This document shows positions 26,748-36,385 of a DNA stretch of 64,000 bases, piece after piece. The stretch lies in NCBI GenBank assembly GCA_964411255.1, contig CAYPKD010000002.1, positions 98,141-162,140 on the forward strand, written 5' to 3'. The notes under the pieces are model-generated. The model did not search any database. It saw nothing but the letters and a program-made list of their open reading frames with translations, and was not told the origin of the DNA. Numbering within the stretch: the first letter of the stretch is position 1; each line of letters starts with the position of its first letter. The stretch comes from an uncultured Gammaproteobacteria bacterium. Its GTDB lineage: Bacteria > Patescibacteriota > Patescibacteriia > UBA11705 > DATKZF01. The position numbers and the translations under genes are program-made.

Positions 26748-27149
26748 ATGAAATTAATAGTAAGTACTGAATCAAACCAAAAGTTTTCAATAGGATTAGC
26801 TGACGCAAGTCAGCTAATTGATTTTGAATTGGTTGAAAAGCCCTTTATGCAATCTGAATTAGTTTTAAAGACAATTGATAAATTTTTTAGCAAGTATAAA
26901 GTTTCAATTAAAAACTTAGAAGAAATTATTGTCATTTCTGGACCAGGCGATTTTTCAGCAGTTAGAATTGGAATATCAATTGCCAATGCTTTAGCCTATG
27001 CCTGGAACATTTCAGTGAAAGCTGTAGAATCAGAAAAGAATTATAAATCTGAAGAAAAGAAATTGAAAGAAGTTTTAAAAATGAGCGAACAGATTAAAGT
27101 AAGCAAAATAGCTAAACCTGTCTATATAGCTGAGCCGAATATAACATAA
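26748..27149 (+). CDS. TsaB/YeaZ-like protein (N-terminal half only, 133 aa)
   Basis: ISGPGDFSAVRIGISIANALAYAW matches the GPGSFTGVRIG TsaB motif; about half the usual length. Confidence 0.5.
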   Translation: MKLIVSTESNQKFSIGLADASQLIDFELVEKPFMQSELVLKTIDKFFSKYKVSIKNLEEIIVISGPGDFSAVRIGISIANALAYAWNISVKAVESEKNYKSEEKKLKEVLKMSEQIKVSKIAKPVYIAEPNIT

Positions 27150-27316
27150 AAAAAATGAATATCACTATCCAGCAGAAAGCTTGTCTTTCTGCTTTTAATT
27201 TTCTGCTGATTTTATCAACATTACATTAACAAATATTGTTTGTATTCTGTAAATAAAATGCTATAATACTAAAGTAATTATTTCATTAAATATAAACAAA
27301 AAATAATTTAGATTGT

Positions 27317-30300
27317 ATGAAACAAAAAACAAACATTTGTAAAAAAACTGCCTTAATTATGGCAGGTTTTATTTTTGCCATTTCAATTACAGCATTAATC
27401 GTTGCTGCGCCGGCAAACGCGCAGTCAGTTACCCCTGAGGGGGATAATTCTTATTTGGGCGGAATTGGAACTGATTTCTCACTAGATGATGTCTCTATAA
27501 ATTCCAGTATTCCAATTTATGGCTCAATGTCTGAGGCCAGGTATAATTTTGTACTTTTTAATGTGCAGAGAGCTCCTGGGGCTTCTGCTGATTCGACGTT
27601 TCTAACCATTACAGGATTAATTCCAGACACATCCTATAATGTCCATGAGGACGGGTTTGTACCCCTTGTTTACACTTCAGACTCTACTGGTGAGATTAAT
27701 TTTAACCAGGATATAGGTACTCCTCATACTTTGACGATTAAAACCGACAGCTCAATTTTTGAGATAACCGCAGATTCCACTTGCGGGGATGTTGAAGCTT
27801 TTGGTGGTGTATGTGATGATTCTGGACCAGAATTAAATGTAACCATGCCTGCATCATGTATGATTAATGACTCTGTTTGGATTCATGATTTTTCTGGCAA
27901 TATTTATTTTAACGATTGCACTATCACTGCAAAGCCAGGCTATGGTATAGCCTTGTATCTTACAAATGTCAGCGGAATTATGCGAGACGTAAAAGTAAAA
28001 GCAGCAAGGACGGGAATAGCCTTTGGGGCTGGTACGAAATATTTATATATAGAGAATGTTGAAGTGACACCTACTATAGGCGATGGATTGGAACGAATTG
28101 GTTTTAATTTTGTTGGCCAGGATGTTGAAGAGATTGCCGTATACGACTATGTGTGTAATTTCTTTGAATTACCTTCTGATGTTAACAAGGGAGATATTTG
28201 CGTTTTAGCTCAGGATGGACAATCAAAGATTGATTTTGCATTAGGCACTATTTCTTATTCTGATAGGGGATTTATTTTTGAGAATTCAACTTTTTCATCA
28301 TCTGAAATACAGATTGTCAATACTCAGATTTATCTTAATTATAGCGAGTCTATCGGTCTTAGTTTAAGAAGAGCAAACATCATAAAGTCTACTAATAATA
28401 ATTATCTTTCTTACCCAGGTAATGACATTCCATTTTATAAGGCGATTGAAATAAAAGATGTTCCTTTTGGTGTTTCAGTTAATGATTTTATAAGTATTTC
28501 TGACAGATTTGGCCTTTGTCAATATGGGGCAACTGTAGAAAATGGAAGTAATATTAATTTTATTTCGCCTCACGAGGATCAAGAGACTAGTGCTCAAATT
28601 GCTGGTATTGTTGCTATTGATTCTGAAAATGTGAATATTGTCGGTACTGCAGCTGAACCTTCACTTTTTTACCCAAAGATCTTTGCAAATGCATTTGAAT
28701 ATGAAAACACAACAGGTATAGTAGGTAATTACATGAACGCGACTAGTACGGGTAGGGATCAAACAATTTTTAGAACTGATGAAGGCAATATTATTCTTTC
28801 GACTGACATTGGCTATTATGATGCGGCAGTTGAAATATCAGAAGGCGTGCTGCCTCCTGAAATTTCGCATCTATCAGATGATAGCATTCGTATTAGGAAT
28901 ATAGGGGACGATATAGATATATTATTTTATGATACTTATGGCGTGCCAATTGCACAAGCGCGTCTACACCCCGGAACTGAATTTATGGTATTTCATAATG
29001 AAGACGGCGGTGTTACTGTAGTTAATACCAACCTAGGGTCAGAAGTTACGGTGTTTAGATTGTATGACGATCCTGGTTGGTTTGTTGGCGCTTCTCCAAT
29101 CGGTACTGTGATATCAATGCCTGGAGATGTAATGTCATTTAATTCAGGAAATTCAGTGTATGTAAAAAACGAAGCTGGAAATTGGGATTTGGAGTTATAT
29201 GATAGCAATAGCAATTGGGTAATGAATGTTCCAATGAGCCAGGGAGATCATGTAATGGTTGAGGGAAATGTTGATGGCAGCACATCATTAACCAATGTAA
29301 ATACTTCAGCCCAAGATGTTTATGCTATTGAATGGGTAGAATCAGCAGGTATGCTGACCTTAGATCAAAATGAAACATTATCGGCAATTTCTGGTGTTGA
29401 TGTAGTTAATGTAAATGTAGCTGATGGAGCGATTGATTTAGATATATTAGATGTTGGTAGCCAAATTGCTATTGCCAAAACAGTATTAGCTCAAGGTAGT
29501 CAGGCCAGTCTTGCTGTTAATACTGCCGGTGGCACTGAATTAGTTAATCTAGGCACTGGTGTTTTTGATATAATAATAGATGATCTTGCACAATTCAGTC
29601 TTGAATCAACTGAAGGCGCTGTTTTTTCAGGTACTGTAAAAAAAGATATTACACCGATTTATGGCAATTTTGACATTGAATTTTTAGACAGCCAGGATAC
29701 AGTTGCCAGAGTGATAATGAATGATCCGACTCAGACAGCCAGACTGCAAAGAGATCCAGAAGGCTATGCTAATGTTCAAAATATTTCTCAAACAGAGATA
29801 ACAGTTGAAGGATATGATACAGCCAGAATTAGTAGATCAAGGCTTGGCTATGGAGACACGATTGGATTTAAGAGAGGATCTTTGCAACTAAAAGATACAT
29901 TAGGTTCCTTTGATGTTGAATATATTGCTTTAAATGGCGGAATTGTTGGTGTTACAACATTGCAGAATTTTGAAAAAATGAATTTAACTCATGTTGGCCA
30001 GACTGATGTGCAGGTAGAAAATATTGGCACTGTATCATTTGATATATTGAATCTGTTTACTAATCAGACTGAAACCGTTATTTCAGGTCAAACAACTGTT
30101 GTTATTCCTGGCCCTACTGGCCAGATTGAAGCAAAGGTTAAGGGCGGACATCCAAAGAAAGCGCTGGAATATGCAACTGTGAAAACTTATAATAAAAATG
30201 ACAGCTGTGTTTCTGAATATTTTCCAAATGCAGGACAAGTAAATGAATTTTGCGAACCAGTAGCTATGTGCGTTACTGGAGCAGATGGTAAATGCTTAAT

Positions 30301-30427
30301 GACTGTGTTAGCAGAAGAACATTATTTTGTACTGTCAGAGCATGAAGATTATCTTGGTGATTATTCTAGTCATTCAGTGGGTAAAGTAACAGAAAACAAA
30401 ACAAAGAAGGCAACACTCGTATTTTGA
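27317..30427 (+). CDS. large secreted protein (1036 aa), possible beta-helix/adhesin-like surface protein
   Basis: N-terminal signal peptide (IFAISITALIVAAPANA); Thr/Ser/Asn/Gly-rich beta-strand-like composition; no catalytic motif recognised. Confidence 0.7.
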   Translation: MKQKTNICKKTALIMAGFIFAISITALIVAAPANAQSVTPEGDNSYLGGIGTDFSLDDVSINSSIPIYGSMSEARYNFVLFNVQRAPGASADSTFLTITGLIPDTSYNVHEDGFVPLVYTSDSTGEINFNQDIGTPHTLTIKTDSSIFEITADSTCGDVEAFGGVCDDSGPELNVTMPASCMINDSVWIHDFSGNIYFNDCTITAKPGYGIALYLTNVSGIMRDVKVKAARTGIAFGAGTKYLYIENVEVTPTIGDGLERIGFNFVGQDVEEIAVYDYVCNFFELPSDVNKGDICVLAQDGQSKIDFALGTISYSDRGFIFENSTFSSSEIQIVNTQIYLNYSESIGLSLRRANIIKSTNNNYLSYPGNDIPFYKAIEIKDVPFGVSVNDFISISDRFGLCQYGATVENGSNINFISPHEDQETSAQIAGIVAIDSENVNIVGTAAEPSLFYPKIFANAFEYENTTGIVGNYMNATSTGRDQTIFRTDEGNIILSTDIGYYDAAVEISEGVLPPEISHLSDDSIRIRNIGDDIDILFYDTYGVPIAQARLHPGTEFMVFHNEDGGVTVVNTNLGSEVTVFRLYDDPGWFVGASPIGTVISMPGDVMSFNSGNSVYVKNEAGNWDLELYDSNSNWVMNVPMSQGDHVMVEGNVDGSTSLTNVNTSAQDVYAIEWVESAGMLTLDQNETLSAISGVDVVNVNVADGAIDLDILDVGSQIAIAKTVLAQGSQASLAVNTAGGTELVNLGTGVFDIIIDDLAQFSLESTEGAVFSGTVKKDITPIYGNFDIEFLDSQDTVARVIMNDPTQTARLQRDPEGYANVQNISQTEITVEGYDTARISRSRLGYGDTIGFKRGSLQLKDTLGSFDVEYIALNGGIVGVTTLQNFEKMNLTHVGQTDVQVENIGTVSFDILNLFTNQTETVISGQTTVVIPGPTGQIEAKVKGGHPKKALEYATVKTYNKNDSCVSEYFPNAGQVNEFCEPVAMCVTGADGKCLMTVLAEEHYFVLSEHEDYLGDYSSHSVGKVTENKTKKATLVF

Positions 30428-30447
30428 GAATTTATTAAGATAATATA

Positions 30448-30479
30448 AAACCAGTCTTTAATAGGCTGGTTTTTGTTTT
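30448..30479 (+). terminator. intrinsic terminator
   Basis: AAACCAGTCT-TTAAT-AGGCTGGTTT plus TTTTGTTTT. Confidence 0.55.
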
Positions 30480-30523
30480 AATTCACCTCTATAATATAAA
30501 AGTGTGCAATACTTGACAAAAAG

Positions 30524-30566
30524 GAACCACTGATATAAGATATCCGGTTCCTTGACGTACGCGGTT
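30524..30566 (+). promoter_or_regulatory. promoter (TTGACA, 17 nt, TAAGAT) with 7-bp inverted repeat AGGAACC...GGTTCCT spanning the -10
   Basis: read from sequence at 30524-30566. Confidence 0.3.
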
Positions 30567-30586
30567 AGGCCGCTTGGAGGCAGCCA

Positions 30587-31549
30587 ATGCAATGCAATTT
30601 TGTTAAAGTCGTGATTTTGATAGTCACGTTTGGATGTAGCACCGTATCAAATCAAAAAGCAAAAGAATATGTTGATGTGGTTTATATGGATACTCAAAAA
30701 GATGAATCGAATTCTATATTGGATATAGAAAATGATTTGAATGATCAATATCAAAAAGATTCAGTTGACCAGATTCATTTGGTACAAGATGCAGAAGTAG
30801 GAACAGAATCTGTTCAGGAGATTGAAACTGATCAGACAGATGAAATTGACAGAGTAGGGGATATTCAAATTAAGGATCTGGAGGTCGAGGTTGAGGACAC
30901 TTTTGATACATTCGATTCTGAGGAATTGGGTACATTGGATATTCAATTCGATGAACAACCAGAAGCTGATCAGCAAATACCTGCTCAATTTGTCCAGATT
31001 GTGTTTATTTCAATTACTGAAGATGAACCAAATGTAAACGTCTGCATTGATTCAGCGTTTGCATCATGTTCTGATCCAATTATTACGCCTGTGATTATTG
31101 AATTTGAAGTTAATTCAAGCCATCCTGTTTGCGCTTTTCAGACAGGGTATAATGATTTTTGCTTTATGGTTCAGGTAGGAAATGAACCAATGGACGTAAT
31201 CATTGATCTGGAGCAAACCACACATGCAGATATTTGTCCCTGGATGACGGGCAATTATACATATGATGGCGGAAGTGTCGGGCCTTTTGATGATATTTTC
31301 GTTGTTGTACAGGTAGCCAGTGACCATTGCTTGGTATGTGGTTTAGAGCCGCCGGCTTTTGCTGGTATGTGTCTCATGGCAGTCTATCGCCCTCTAACTG
31401 AAGATTTTATCATTCATTGTTTACCAAATGATGATGCTTGTCCAAATGTTAAATGCGACATTATTCCCTGGCCAGGGATAATTGAATGCACTTACGATGA
31501 TGAATCTGGAATAGAGCAGACCATTTCCTGGCTTCAAGATCTTTTCTAG
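30587..31549 (+). CDS. secreted/lipid-anchored acidic Cys-rich protein
   Basis: N-terminal hydrophobic segment ending FGCS; Asp/Glu-rich middle; many Cys in C-terminal half. Confidence 0.65.
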   Translation: MQCNFVKVVILIVTFGCSTVSNQKAKEYVDVVYMDTQKDESNSILDIENDLNDQYQKDSVDQIHLVQDAEVGTESVQEIETDQTDEIDRVGDIQIKDLEVEVEDTFDTFDSEELGTLDIQFDEQPEADQQIPAQFVQIVFISITEDEPNVNVCIDSAFASCSDPIITPVIIEFEVNSSHPVCAFQTGYNDFCFMVQVGNEPMDVIIDLEQTTHADICPWMTGNYTYDGGSVGPFDDIFVVVQVASDHCLVCGLEPPAFAGMCLMAVYRPLTEDFIIHCLPNDDACPNVKCDIIPWPGIIECTYDDESGIEQTISWLQDLF

Positions 31550-31789
31550 AGTCCTTGTTTCATGAATAAGGGCTTTTTATTTTGGCTTATCCACAAAAAT
31601 GGTGATAAGTCATAAAAATATTAAATATCAAAAATAAAATATCAAATAAAATTTAGACACTTTTTTTATCCACATAATTTTGCTGATTTTATATCTAAAA
31701 TTAGGAAAAAAATGAGATCATCTTGACTTTTATTATATAAAATGATACAGTATATTGTTTAGTAATTCCTGCTTGGAAAGGGGATAATA

Positions 31790-32545
31790 ATGATAGAGCA
31801 AGCTAAATCTAGGAAAATTGGTCTTATCGTTTCCATCATTTTGGTAATAATGTGGATTGTTGTAGCAATTATTGACAGTGTAACGGTTTCTGCACAGAAA
31901 AAGAAGATTCTGGATCTCTGGAAGCAGAAGGAGGATCTACAAACAGATCTTCAGAAGCAGAAGGAGGATCTACAAACAGATCTTCAGAAGCAGAAGGAGG
32001 ATCATCAGGCAAGATATGATTTTGCCATTGGAAAGTTCAGAGAAACCATTAAGAGCGCATCTTTTATCCTTGCAAAATCAGGCCTGGAATTGCCTGAAAA
32101 GTGTTGGGTAAAAAGAAATTTTGAAGTGAATGACGAGCATAACATGCTTGAGATCATTCAGGATTTGTTGGATTGTATTGATTCTGCAATGGAGATGTCA
32201 GAAGATATCAGGGATAATTTGGTAATAAAATTGACTAATACGCAAATTGAGCTGCTCGAGGCTCAAATGAGTCTGAAGCTAATCACCAAATCGTATGAAA
32301 AATGCGAAACCATGGCTAAAGGCGGAACTCATGTATATAAGAAGGCAACAGCCAAGCGCTGGCGTGCCAGTGCATTCCGGTGGAAAAATCAGGTTCAAGG
32401 TCTTGAAGAACAAGTTGAAACCTTGAAGAGAGAAAATGAAGCATTGAGAAATAATCGAAAACCCAGAGTACAAGCACCAGTGCCACATAAGACTCCAAGA
32501 TCATTGGATATACAAGAAAATGATCAAAGGGGTTGTTCAAAATAA
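31790..32545 (+). CDS. membrane-anchored coiled-coil protein with in-frame 33-bp tandem repeat
   Basis: TM helix at residues 10-30; LQTDLQKQKED repeated 2.5 times; 251 aa. Confidence 0.65.
   Translation: MIEQAKSRKIGLIVSIILVIMWIVVAIIDSVTVSAQKKKILDLWKQKEDLQTDLQKQKEDLQTDLQKQKEDHQARYDFAIGKFRETIKSASFILAKSGLELPEKCWVKRNFEVNDEHNMLEIIQDLLDCIDSAMEMSEDIRDNLVIKLTNTQIELLEAQMSLKLITKSYEKCETMAKGGTHVYKKATAKRWRASAFRWKNQVQGLEEQVETLKRENEALRNNRKPRVQAPVPHKTPRSLDIQENDQRGCSK
31921..31999 (+). repeat. 33-bp tandem repeat (GAAGCAGAAGGAGGATCTACAAACAGATCTTCA) x2.4 inside the CDS
   Basis: two perfect copies plus a partial third, read directly. Confidence 0.85.
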
Positions 32546-32760
32546 GTAACCCAAGTCACCCAGTCCTAATCGCTATTTAGGACTTTTTTAATTGTTTATT
32601 TTTATCCCCATTTTTGGGGATAAGTTTATTAATTAACTAAAAAAAATAGATTTTTTTCCAATAAACTTTACACACGATTTATCCACATAAAACAATAAAT
32701 ATTTGAAAAATGCCTTAAAATAGGGTGTTTATTAATCTTTATACAGGTGTTGATTAGTGG

Positions 32761-32824
32761 TTGATTGGATGTGTATTGTGGGGTATAATGGATGTAGTAA
32801 GTTAATTTGTGGGGAAAAGTGGGG
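32761..32824 (+). promoter_or_regulatory. candidate mra promoter (TTGATT -35, 17 nt, TATAAT -10) overlapped by three GTGGGG direct repeats (MraZ-box-like)
   Basis: TTGATT 32761-66, TATAAT 32784-89; GTGGGG at 32778, 32809 and 32819 (10-bp phasing of the last two); MraZ is known to bind GTGGG direct repeats near Pmra in E. coli. Confidence 0.4.
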
Positions 32825-32829
32825 ATAAT

Positions 32830-32870
32830 CTGGCGGAAAACTAAACTGAGCTTTATTGGTTTTCCGCCAG
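32830..32870 (+). promoter_or_regulatory. 12-bp perfect stem-loop in the mraZ leader, loop contains CTAAACTGAG
   Basis: CTGGCGGAAAAC ... GTTTTCCGCCAG; no following T-run. Confidence 0.4.
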
Positions 32871-33025
32871 GTTCACTTAATATTACAAATAATCAAATCT
32901 ATTTTGATTATTTATTGCGTGATTTGAAATATTACAAATAATTACAAATGATTCAGATATTTGTAGTTATTCGTAATAGATCCCTAATACTTTATTATCC
33001 AACTAGTATAGGATATTTGTAATAT

Positions 33026-33457
33026 ATGTTTATCGGCGAGTATCAACATAACCTTGATCAAAAAGACAGGCTGGCTGTGCCTGTTAAGTTTAGAGCTAAA
33101 TTAAAGCAGGGTGCTGTTGTCACTCGCGGATTAGATAATTGTTTATTTCTATACCCGCAAGCTGAGTGGAAAAAGTTAGCTGAAAAGCTGGCCTCATTGC
33201 CAATCAGCAAATCAAATACCAGGGCATTCAGTCGGTTTATGCTCTCTGGAGCAATGGATGTAAATGTTGACAAGCAGGGAAGAATAAAGCTGCCGGATTA
33301 TTTAAAAAAATTTGCAGGTATGAAAAAGACCGTTATCGTTGCCGGGCTATATAATCGTTTAGAGCTTTGGGATAAGGAATCATGGAATAAATATAAACAG
33401 GGTACTGAAAAGGCAAGTACAGATATAGCTGAGGAATTAGAAAATCTTGATGTCTAG
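33026..33457 (+). CDS. mraZ: transcriptional regulator MraZ
   Basis: MFIGEYQHNLDQKDRLAVPVKFR... tandem MraZ domain sequence, 143 aa. Confidence 0.9.
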   Translation: MFIGEYQHNLDQKDRLAVPVKFRAKLKQGAVVTRGLDNCLFLYPQAEWKKLAEKLASLPISKSNTRAFSRFMLSGAMDVNVDKQGRIKLPDYLKKFAGMKKTVIVAGLYNRLELWDKESWNKYKQGTEKASTDIAEELENLDV

Positions 33458-33544
33458 ATCCTACGAGATCTACAGATCCTCTACAGATACTACAGATATC
33501 TGTAAAAACAGTGGCAGATCTGTAGATCATGTAGCAGCTAATAT

Positions 33545-34471
33545 ATGACTATTCACAAACCCGTTTTAGTTAAGGAGGTACTTGAATTGCTCGAACCGAG
33601 TAAAAACCAAAATTTTATTGACTGTACATTAGGCGCTGGCGGACACACAAAAGCGTTGCTTGACCAGACGAAGCCGAATGGAAGAATTTTAGCAATTGAC
33701 TGGGATGAAAATGCAGTTGAATCAGCAAAAAATAATTTAAAACAATATTTGCCCAGACTGGTTTTGATAAATGATAATTACACGAATTTAAAAAACATTG
33801 TAGCTGATAATAATTTTGAAAAGATAAATGGTATTTTACTTGATCTGGGATTATCATCAGATCAATTCGCATCATCAGGCAGGGGATTTAGTTTTCAAAA
33901 AGATGAGCCTTTAGACATGCGATATAGCACTGATAGCAGTTTAACAGCTGCGCAAATAATTAATTCATGGTCAGAAAAAGAATTGAAGAGGATTTTTAAA
34001 GAATTGGGAGAAGAAAAAAGGGTTCATAAAATCGCTGCAGAAATAATAAAATATCGCCGGAAAAGAAAAATAAAAACAACTAAGCAATTAGTTGAAATAA
34101 TTCAAAGAGTAAAAGGGAAGCAACAATCCAGAATTCATCCTGCTACCAAAGTATTTCAGGCATTGCGTATAACCGTAAATAATGAATTGGAAAATATTGA
34201 AAGTACATTGAAGCAGGCTATTGAAATAATGCCTTCAGAATCAAAAATCGCAGTTATTAGCTTTCATTCACTCGAAGATAAAATAGTTAAGCATTTTTTT
34301 CAAAAAGAAAGTAAAAATTGCATTTGCCCGCCAGAAATTCCAGAATGCAGATGTGAGCATAAAACCAGTTTAAAAATTAAAACAAAAAAACCGATTATTG
34401 CATCTGAAGAGGAAGTAGCAGAAAATCCTCGTTCAAGATCTGCAAAATTAAGAGTGGCAGAGCGGATATAA
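33545..34471 (+). CDS. rsmH: 16S rRNA (cytosine1402-N4)-methyltransferase
   Basis: HKPVLVKEVLELL...DCTLGAGGHT SAM-binding signature; follows mraZ. Confidence 0.95.
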   Translation: MTIHKPVLVKEVLELLEPSKNQNFIDCTLGAGGHTKALLDQTKPNGRILAIDWDENAVESAKNNLKQYLPRLVLINDNYTNLKNIVADNNFEKINGILLDLGLSSDQFASSGRGFSFQKDEPLDMRYSTDSSLTAAQIINSWSEKELKRIFKELGEEKRVHKIAAEIIKYRRKRKIKTTKQLVEIIQRVKGKQQSRIHPATKVFQALRITVNNELENIESTLKQAIEIMPSESKIAVISFHSLEDKIVKHFFQKESKNCICPPEIPECRCEHKTSLKIKTKKPIIASEEEVAENPRSRSAKLRVAERI

Positions 34472-34495
34472 ACAAAAATAAAATAGAACTTTATT

Positions 34496-34861
34496 ATGTC
34501 TCCATTTTTTAAGTTTCAAAAATGTTCCAGGGCCAATAGGAATGAAGAAAAACCATGCGCCAAAATAAAAATAGGCAATAAATCAAAATTGTTTATTAAG
34601 ATTTTAATCATTATATTTTTAGTTGGTTCAGTATTCTTATATTTACTTCAAATAAACAGCTTGGCAACAAAGGGATTTAAAATTCAGGCTTTAGAAATGC
34701 AGGTAAGTGAATTAAATGAATCCAATAAGAAATTAAGCTTAGAGGCAGTAAGACTAAGATCCATGGCTGAATTAAATGAAAAAGTGCAGAATTTGGATAT
34801 GGTGCCAATTAACAATTTTTCATATATTGATGCAACCTCTACTGGAATGGCAAAAAAATAA
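34496..34861 (+). CDS. FtsL-like cell-division protein (single TM plus coiled coil)
   Basis: position after rsmH; TM helix ILIIIFLVGSVFLYLL followed by heptad region; sequence alone is weak; true start may be internal. Confidence 0.4.
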   Translation: MSPFFKFQKCSRANRNEEKPCAKIKIGNKSKLFIKILIIIFLVGSVFLYLLQINSLATKGFKIQALEMQVSELNESNKKLSLEAVRLRSMAELNEKVQNLDMVPINNFSYIDATSTGMAKK

Positions 34862-34982
34862 TAGATATTATTATAATAAAATTTCGGTCCACGAGGGCCG
34901 ATTTTTTTTAAAAAATCATTATTGACAAATAGTTAAAAATTTGCTAAGGTTACATAAATCTTAAATAAATAATACTATAAAT

Positions 34983-36050
34983 ATGGCAAAAACAATATCA
35001 TCGATTTTATTAATTGCAGTTATAGTGATTGTCTTATCATTAATCGGCGGTGGCCTTTTTTACTGGTTTTTGACCAATAAAGTGGATGTAGAACCCAGCG
35101 CAGCTTTGCAAAAACAGCAGCAAATATCAACCGAGGACGCGTTGCAGGATATTGAAGAAAAGTATGCATTGTATGAGAATGATGATTTTGGTTTTGAATT
35201 TTATTATCCAGCAAAATGGCTTATTGTTCGAGAAGGATCTGATATGGGAAGCGCTTATGTCCAGTTTGGAAAAAATATGAATCCAGAAGACTTAGTGGCG
35301 CCAGAAGACTTCAAGTTTACGATTTGGGCTAATCCTCCAGGCATGGGATTTGAATATTTAAATAATGTTCTTGAAGAAGATACTATTAACTTTGGAAAAC
35401 CAAGTGTGGAGGCTGACAGAGCTTTGGCAACTGGTGAAGTTGAAGATAAAACAGTAAAAGGTGAAAGACTGCGTTTTAACAGGAATCAAGATTCTTATTT
35501 TATTTTATATCAGGTAGATTTGGATAAATGGGAAGAATATGAGCCATATTTGAAAAAATTCAAGGAGACCTGGAAGTTTGCAGATGAAAATGTAGATATC
35601 CGAGAGTTTTCATATGATGATAAAGCAAATGATTTTAAGGTACTTAAGGAAGCTTTTGATATTAAAGGAACTTTTAGGACTGAGAAGTTGGTTGGACAAA
35701 GTAAAGAATGCGGTACTAATAAAAGTGAAAAATATTTTGAAAAATTAATGTCAGAATATAAGGATGGGGAAAAGGGCGTTGTTTATTCTTTTGAATATGG
35801 TAAAGCATCTCAAAAACCAAGTTATTGGACTATGCAGATTATGCCAAATAGGCTTGGATATAAAAATTTAGATGAATTCAAAAAAGATTTTGATTTTTGC
35901 GCTGCAGGCGGTGTTTATCCATTTGCAGTATCAGAAAATTATCTAGCTTTTTCAATATCTTGCGGTACTGGATTTTCAGACGGATCTGGATTGCCGATTG
36001 GGTGTGAAGAGGTGAGGATAATTGTTGAGCCTTCAATAAAATTAAAGTAA
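34983..36050 (+). CDS. membrane-anchored (N-terminal signal-anchor) protein, member of the paralogous ectodomain family
   Basis: N-terminal TM SSILLIAVIVIVLSLIGGGLFYWF followed by QKQQQ linker and an F-x-F-YP-x-W containing domain like the 36870, 40462 and 41147 proteins. Confidence 0.65.
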   Translation: MAKTISSILLIAVIVIVLSLIGGGLFYWFLTNKVDVEPSAALQKQQQISTEDALQDIEEKYALYENDDFGFEFYYPAKWLIVREGSDMGSAYVQFGKNMNPEDLVAPEDFKFTIWANPPGMGFEYLNNVLEEDTINFGKPSVEADRALATGEVEDKTVKGERLRFNRNQDSYFILYQVDLDKWEEYEPYLKKFKETWKFADENVDIREFSYDDKANDFKVLKEAFDIKGTFRTEKLVGQSKECGTNKSEKYFEKLMSEYKDGEKGVVYSFEYGKASQKPSYWTMQIMPNRLGYKNLDEFKKDFDFCAAGGVYPFAVSENYLAFSISCGTGFSDGSGLPIGCEEVRIIVEPSIKLK

Positions 36051-36148
36051 AGCAAATTAAATAGAAAATCAGCCTAAAGCAGGTTGATTTTTGTTTTGAA
36101 TTAATATTGAGTTTAATCATTGTTAATGCAAGTTCAATTTTTTCTAAA

Positions 36149-36315
36149 CAGGCTAAAGCCTGCTTTGCCCTTTCCAATGTTGGCTTGCGCCAAGTTACTT
36201 TTTGCCACCAAAAAGTAACCAAAAACCGCTGGGGGGCTTCAAATGCGAAGTAATGATTGAGTTTATGTATCGCGCAAGGGGCAATCAGCCCCCCAGACCC
36301 CCGGTGCTATAGAAG
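36149..36315 (+). ncRNA. GC-rich structured element, copy A (candidate novel ncRNA or miniature repeat)
   Basis: ~90% identical to 45314-45478; contains hairpins CAGGC-TAAA-GCCTG, TTGGC-TTGC-GCCAA, GTTACTTTTT-GCCACC-AAAAAGTAAC and GGGGGC-AATCA-GCCCCC; G/C-rich in an AT-rich intergenic region. Confidence 0.3.
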
Positions 36316-36385
36316 ATAAGATGTTTTAAATTTGAAATTTTGGCATGTTTATATATTTACACAGATTTTTTCGCCCGGTTTTCAT

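Noticed and set aside
36149-36315. Assignment of the GC-rich element to a known RNA family (tmRNA, RNase P, SRP, 6S, fluoride/glycine/cobalamin riboswitch)
   Set aside because: Only partial, probably coincidental matches to remembered consensus sequences (e.g. AACCGC...TAATGATG vs the fluoride motif; GGGGGCTGATT vs the tmRNA 5' end); no convincing match, left unassigned
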